Shown here one piece after another: positions 59,358 to 64,000 of a stretch of DNA of 64,000 bases. The notes beneath the pieces were generated by a model. The model had not been told where the DNA came from, ran no database searches, and worked only from the letters and a program-made list of their open reading frames with translations. Position numbers and translations under genes: made by a program. Location: the sequence record OP123707.1; one strand, 5' to 3'. The first letter of the stretch is position 1, and the number at the start of each line of letters is the position of its first letter.

Positions 59358-59388
59358 ACTACTCCTACCCGCTAAGGGTAGGAGTAGT
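59358..59388. terminator. Bidirectional terminator (ACTCCTACC family)
   Basis: 13-bp stem; 59360..59386 is the exact reverse complement of 5380..5406. Confidence 0.88.
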
Positions 59389-59400
59389 ATTCTTTATTTT

Positions 59401-59907
59401 TTATTTCTCTTTGTCTTCGTTCGGTGGTTTATCATCTAAAATAGCGTAGATACGATCCAACGTACGAATCAGCTGATTGACTGTCACCTTAGCCCCGTGC
59501 AGCTCCTCAGCTTGGCTGTCTGCGCGGTTTGCCAACTCAATAGAGTAAATCACTGTGGCTAGCAAACACTGCTTAGGAACTTGATCACCCTCACACTGTT
59601 GCGAGTCAAGGAACGTCTTCATCCTTTCAAGTTCACTCGGTGGAAAGACAGGTGGGTCTTCTTTAAGGTAAGCCGGGATGTCAGTCACACTACTTCTTAG
59701 AGAACCGACGTTAGCTCGTACAACGTCTAACTTGGCGATCTCTGTTTCTACTTTTAGTTGTGCGCTTCCTTCCTCGAAGCTTGGTTGACTACTACATCCT
59801 AAAAGACTAAACAATACGATTAGGACAATGATTCCGATCAGACTGAAACGGCTAATTATGTACTTCACCAGCCCCAGCATCTTCCACGCTTTGATTAATA
59901 GGAACAC
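59401..59907 (-). CDS. Lipoprotein, o-spanin candidate
   Basis: Signal peptide ending in the lipobox-like SLLG-C, a Pro-rich patch DPPVFPP, a Cys pair and a coiled coil; GTG start with AGGAG RBS; overlaps the 3' end of the upstream TM gene. Confidence 0.55.
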   Translation of the reverse strand: MFLLIKAWKMLGLVKYIISRFSLIGIIVLIVLFSLLGCSSQPSFEEGSAQLKVETEIAKLDVVRANVGSLRSSVTDIPAYLKEDPPVFPPSELERMKTFLDSQQCEGDQVPKQCLLATVIYSIELANRADSQAEELHGAKVTVNQLIRTLDRIYAILDDKPPNEDKEK

Positions 59908-60238
59908 TAGGTATTACTCCTTCCATTTCTTGTTGGTACTTACTCATAAGCTCCGTATACGTTGTATTGCGGTCACTTCGCTTGACTTCTAAGAATTGAC
60001 TGAGTGCTAAGTTCGTGGCTCTATTTTGTTGCACGAGAGTACGGGATTCTTCGTTCAATGCTTGAAGCGATTGAATGACGTTTTCCATACGGTGAATGCT
60101 GTCTTCAGACATAGAAGGTTTTCTAGTTCCGAAGGTGTTGATTGAGCTTAACAAAGCAATGACAATTAATAGCCCGACGATGGTACCGAATTGCACGGTA
60201 CTCCACGCCATGTTTTTATCTTGATCAGGCATAATCAT
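59852..60238 (-). CDS. Single-TM coiled-coil protein, i-spanin candidate
   Basis: N-terminal TM FGTIVGLLIVIALLSSI followed by a helical domain; start taken at 60238 (ATGA overlap; 60232 is also possible). Confidence 0.55.
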   Translation of the reverse strand: MIMPDQDKNMAWSTVQFGTIVGLLIVIALLSSINTFGTRKPSMSEDSIHRMENVIQSLQALNEESRTLVQQNRATNLALSQFLEVKRSDRNTTYTELMSKYQQEMEGVIPSVPINQSVEDAGAGEVHN

Positions 60239-61470
60239 AGATCCTTGAATATCGAGTAGATTTTGAAGTGATAAGCTTCTACCAAAGTATGAGGTCGATC
60301 CCAATTCACCTTATCGTGAAACAAGTCTCCCCCGTTCTTGGATCCCGTGGAATGGTCCATTGGGATATCGATCAACCGAACATCAAAGTCCAGCAGTCTA
60401 CGCCCTGCTCCATCGCGATGCCGGTACGTCGGGAAACGTCCATCGGATAACATCACGGGATGGTGGAAACGATCTTGCGTTGCGAAAGTCGTTGGGAACG
60501 TATACTGTTCTAGTGGTGAAACGTCTATCCCCATGTAGGGGTTCGATAACGCCACTAGGAAACTGTTGAAGTTGGTGAACAGTTTCTCGATGGTACTGAC
60601 TTCTTCCAGTACCCCTGCTTCGACAATACCGCTGGTACAATTAGCGATATTATCCAAGTCGATATGCTTAGCCGATTGAATCAACAATCGTCCTAAGTCT
60701 AAAGCTCTCAGATCTATGCGTACAGTGTTAGGGCCGGTCTTCGTTACCGCAGGCGCACCACAGATCAGTTTCCCTGCTATAACGAACCAGATGGTTTCGT
60801 GGAGCATGTCGCGATCTAACGTTACATGCACGGTGTTTTTCTTAGGTTGGATATCCATTGCTTCAGCTTTAAACGGAATCGTTTCAATTTTACTGATCCC
60901 TTTAAAGTCCAAAGCGCCTACGTGTCCTTGGTCATTGATTTGAAAGTTCTTGCCCGCGCCTTCTAAGTAGATGCCTTCTTGACGACCATGAGCACGAACA
61001 AAGTAACCGTTGTAAGTAAAGAGGGTGGTTTCTACAAATGACACATAATTCGGGTTAGCGACTTCAATGTGTTTGACTAGGATGTCTTTCGCACCCGCTG
61101 AGGTAACCATGGATTGACGACTGCCCGCTAGCTCCAAACGAGCCGGCAGCATTTTGTACCCCATGAGTTGCATGTCTTCCATGCGAACGTGGTACTGTTC
61201 TCCCCCGATGGTACCGGTGAATACTTTTAAAGGTATTTTCTCTTTGGTGTCTAACCAGTCCTGAATGGTCCCTTTAAAGAAGATGGTTTCGGTACGATAC
61301 TCATTCATATCGATCGTACTTTCTTTAAGCAAAAGCTTATCGTAAACCGTGATGTACAGCGCCCGCGTTTTCAAAACCACGTCACTTAACTTTGAGTTTT
61401 CAATGTTCAGCGGTTGCAGACCAGCCAAGTCTCCTTGGAAGGCCCCGATAGCTCGTCTGAAAAGATACAT
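60235..61470 (-). CDS. Virion structural protein (phiKZ gp130-like)
   Basis: 411 aa, GGAGA RBS, divergent from the tail fibre; size and synteny. Confidence 0.55.
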   Translation of the reverse strand: MYLFRRAIGAFQGDLAGLQPLNIENSKLSDVVLKTRALYITVYDKLLLKESTIDMNEYRTETIFFKGTIQDWLDTKEKIPLKVFTGTIGGEQYHVRMEDMQLMGYKMLPARLELAGSRQSMVTSAGAKDILVKHIEVANPNYVSFVETTLFTYNGYFVRAHGRQEGIYLEGAGKNFQINDQGHVGALDFKGISKIETIPFKAEAMDIQPKKNTVHVTLDRDMLHETIWFVIAGKLICGAPAVTKTGPNTVRIDLRALDLGRLLIQSAKHIDLDNIANCTSGIVEAGVLEEVSTIEKLFTNFNSFLVALSNPYMGIDVSPLEQYTFPTTFATQDRFHHPVMLSDGRFPTYRHRDGAGRRLLDFDVRLIDIPMDHSTGSKNGGDLFHDKVNWDRPHTLVEAYHFKIYSIFKDL

Positions 61471-61548
61471 TATAGATTGTCTCCTAGGTGAATTCTATAG
61501 AATCGTATCGATACTTGGACGATTTTACACTAACATAAGGCCTTTGTT

Positions 61549-63984
61549 ATGAGTTACCTAAATTATCCTTGGAACCCCTTTGGGGACAATCAAGAATGTT
61601 TGGTACCGAATGAAAACATCACTGCTTTAGGAGAAGAACGAGATCTACTCGTCCCTCGCTACGGCCCGTTCTTTGAGAAAAACTTCAAACTCAAAGATGC
61701 GCAAACGGGTGTCGAACTGAAAGCCGGTCGTGATTTCGTTTTCGTGTACCCATTCAACGAATTCATCAAACAGTACAACCGTACGGTATTTGGTGGTATC
61801 ACACTATTAAGCAGCGGTAAGAACCGTCAGTTAATCATCGAACGTTACGTAACGCTCGGTGAACCGTTTACGATGAACGATCAAGAGTTCATTAACCTGA
61901 CGGCGAACATCATTCACTCTGACCGTATCGCGAACTGGAGTCAAGTGGTTAACCTTCCAATGGAAGGCTTCCCATCAGACCCACACGCTCATGAACCTGA
62001 TCTGACGTACAACTACCAAGCGTTAATCGATGTATTAACACAATTGGACCAAGCTCAGCGTAATGAGTTCAACAACCCAACCGTAGCAACCGAATTAATT
62101 GAACACATTAACAAGTCGTTCAAATTGGCTCACCCAAGCGCTACCGCTGAAGACTTTAACCTCGGTAAAGTGGCGAACTACGCTCCTGCAACCGACGCCG
62201 ATCTAAACGGTAACTCCGATCAAGTGTATTTGACCTTAGCCAAGGGTCGTGCATTGACTGAGAAGATTCTTACTGATTTAGGGATGATGCCAGATCAACA
62301 ACCTTTACCTCCGGGTTCTGAAGTCATCGACGATACGTTGACGACCAAAGATGCTCTAGCGATGTTCTTGAGTAAGAAAGGGTTGTTATCGGAAATCTAT
62401 GAAGGTGGTAAGGTCGCCCAGCGTGCAGCGCGTTTGAACTTAGGTCTGAACACTGGTGCTTTGGCTCAGGTCGTTCAAGCGCTAGGTCAGTCTGTTGTAG
62501 ATGTCGTTTCTCAAAAACTATTGACAGACGAGCTGGCAAAGAAAGTTCCGACTACTCGTAAGATCAACGGTAAGCCACTGACATCAGACATCACGATCGA
62601 CGTGGAAACCATCGATACTTACACCAAAGAAGAAATCGATGTTAAGTTAAATACCAAGCTAAATAAGTCTCTAGTGGTGCAGACAACCGGTACCTCTACG
62701 ACACAAGTCATGTCTCAAAAGATCGTCACGGATGAAATCGCTAAACGTGTCCATAACTCACGTACGATCAATGGTAAAGCGCTGACGTCGAATATCTCAT
62801 TAAGTGCGGCGGATGTTGGCACTTATACGAAGTCTGAGATCGATAGTAAAGACACCTCAGTCCGTAATGCCGCGGTATTGAAATCAGCGTTAACTGAGTC
62901 CACTGGTACTAACACTGAAATCGCGATGTCGCAGCGTGGTGTAACGAATGCCATCAACACCCGTGTCCCAACAGGGCGTAAGGTGAACGGTAAGACGTTA
63001 ACCACAGACATTTCCATTACAGCTGCTGATGTAGGTGCATACACTAAATCAGAAGCGGATTCTCGTTACAACAACTACATTCCGAAATCTCGTATGACGA
63101 ACTCTACCGGTTCTAGTACGGAATACGTAATGACTCAGCGTGGTGTGACGGATCAACTCAACACCAAAGTTCCGACCAGTCGTACCATCAACGGCAAAGC
63201 GTTGACCGGAAACATTTCATTGTCAGCCGGTAACGTGGGTGCGTACACCAAAACCGAAGTGGACAATGGTTTGGCTAACCGTGTTCCTAAAACTTGGATT
63301 CAACAAGGCACCGGGTCCAATACGTCTTATGTGATGTCACAGAAAGCCGTGACTGACCAGTTGAACACCAAAGTTCCTACTGGTCGTACGATCAATGGTA
63401 AGTCCTTAACTGCGAACATCTCACTGGGTGCAGGTGACGTTGGTACCTACACTAAAGCTCAGATCGATTCTAAGATCGGGACGAAGTTAGATAAAGCTAA
63501 ACTGGTGCAAGGTCTCGGGCCGTATGCCGACAACATCATGTCTCAGAAAGCAATAACAGATGCGATCTATGCTCGTGTACCGACAAGCCGCAAAGTGAAT
63601 GGTAAAGCTTTAACTGGTGACATTACCATCACTAAAGCGGATGTGGGTTTACCTCACGTAGAGGACAGGAGGTGGGCGTTAGTTAAATCAGGTTCTTTAG
63701 ATCTTGGTCTGGCGAACGGTAACTACGTATACCGTGGTTCGGTTTACACTGGTATTAAAACCAGCGGGCGTCGTTTTGACCCAATGCGTTATCGTGTAAT
63801 ATTGAAAACTGACGGTACGGTATCGTCATCGGCTCCAACAACCATGTGGTGGAATGCTTATCCTCGCTTGGATGCCCGACAATACTGGAGTGACGGTAAC
63901 CAGCTTTGGATAACCGTTTACAGTTCAGGTTACAAGGTTGCAGGTGGTAAAATCACTGGCTACGATTTGTACGAATGGCGATAA
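61549..63984 (+). CDS. Tail fibre protein (phiKZ gp131-family N-terminus) with tandem fibre repeats
   Basis: N-terminal YPWNPFG...PRYGPFF attachment-type motif, about 68-aa VPTxRxINGKxLT/SQKxVTD repeats and an aromatic C-terminal tip. Confidence 0.8.
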   Translation: MSYLNYPWNPFGDNQECLVPNENITALGEERDLLVPRYGPFFEKNFKLKDAQTGVELKAGRDFVFVYPFNEFIKQYNRTVFGGITLLSSGKNRQLIIERYVTLGEPFTMNDQEFINLTANIIHSDRIANWSQVVNLPMEGFPSDPHAHEPDLTYNYQALIDVLTQLDQAQRNEFNNPTVATELIEHINKSFKLAHPSATAEDFNLGKVANYAPATDADLNGNSDQVYLTLAKGRALTEKILTDLGMMPDQQPLPPGSEVIDDTLTTKDALAMFLSKKGLLSEIYEGGKVAQRAARLNLGLNTGALAQVVQALGQSVVDVVSQKLLTDELAKKVPTTRKINGKPLTSDITIDVETIDTYTKEEIDVKLNTKLNKSLVVQTTGTSTTQVMSQKIVTDEIAKRVHNSRTINGKALTSNISLSAADVGTYTKSEIDSKDTSVRNAAVLKSALTESTGTNTEIAMSQRGVTNAINTRVPTGRKVNGKTLTTDISITAADVGAYTKSEADSRYNNYIPKSRMTNSTGSSTEYVMTQRGVTDQLNTKVPTSRTINGKALTGNISLSAGNVGAYTKTEVDNGLANRVPKTWIQQGTGSNTSYVMSQKAVTDQLNTKVPTGRTINGKSLTANISLGAGDVGTYTKAQIDSKIGTKLDKAKLVQGLGPYADNIMSQKAITDAIYARVPTSRKVNGKALTGDITITKADVGLPHVEDRRWALVKSGSLDLGLANGNYVYRGSVYTGIKTSGRRFDPMRYRVILKTDGTVSSSAPTTMWWNAYPRLDARQYWSDGNQLWITVYSSGYKVAGGKITGYDLYEWR
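62545..63651 (+). repeat. Five full and one partial tandem repeats of about 68 aa (204 nt) in the tail fibre
   Basis: Units begin VPTTRK, VHNSRT, VPTGRK, VPTSRT, VPTGRT and VPTSRK. Confidence 0.9.
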
Positions 63985-64000
63985 ACATTTAGCTTACTAG

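Noticed and set aside
63652-63984. Diversity-generating retroelement target in the tail fibre tip
   Set aside because: No reverse transcriptase and no near-identical template repeat differing at adenines within the window; cannot be excluded beyond the right edge.
1-64000. tRNA, rRNA, CRISPR array, transposase or integrase
   Set aside because: No cloverleaf with T-loop/D-loop consensus, no repeat-spacer array and no DDE or tyrosine-recombinase motifs were recognised by eye; tRNAscan-SE and a CRISPR finder would confirm.

Overview
This is a 64-kb slice of a phiKZ-related jumbo myophage genome (nucleus-forming Chimalliviridae type). A Vibrio-like host is suggested only weakly, by CTA/GCT/AAC-rich codon use in the highly expressed genes. 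Gene order follows the phiKZ core block as I recall it; this was not aligned. From left to right: a partial split family-B DNA polymerase exonuclease subunit (1..1359, missing from the ORF track), the head/inner-body/baseplate cluster (gp84-gp101-like), and an expanded tandem array of inner-head paralogs (14.2-23.3 kb). Next come an early-gene island (29.8-37.9 kb), DnaB helicase, major capsid protein, a stand-alone membrane-protein gene, the non-virion RNA polymerase beta N-terminal subunit and the portal. The right end holds gp128/gp139-like virion genes, RuvC, a candidate holin plus spanin pair, a gp130-like gene and a repeat-rich tail fibre. Most interesting observations: (1) a self-contained early gene (42550..43161) whose coding strand almost lacks cytosine, with only 4 of 203 codons ending in C versus 54 ending in G; (2) six in-register inner-head paralogs with four G-x-E protease sites each, conserved ends and hypervariable cores, resembling a polymorphic cassette of injected proteins; (3) a head-targeted HEXXH metalloprotease candidate; (4) a structured leader or ncRNA near 32.2 kb; (5) a sequence-conserved hairpin family at every convergent gene junction; (6) a four-copy early promoter motif; (7) early glycine-zipper membrane paralogs. 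No tRNA, CRISPR array, intron, intein or transposase was recognised. All counts were made by hand.
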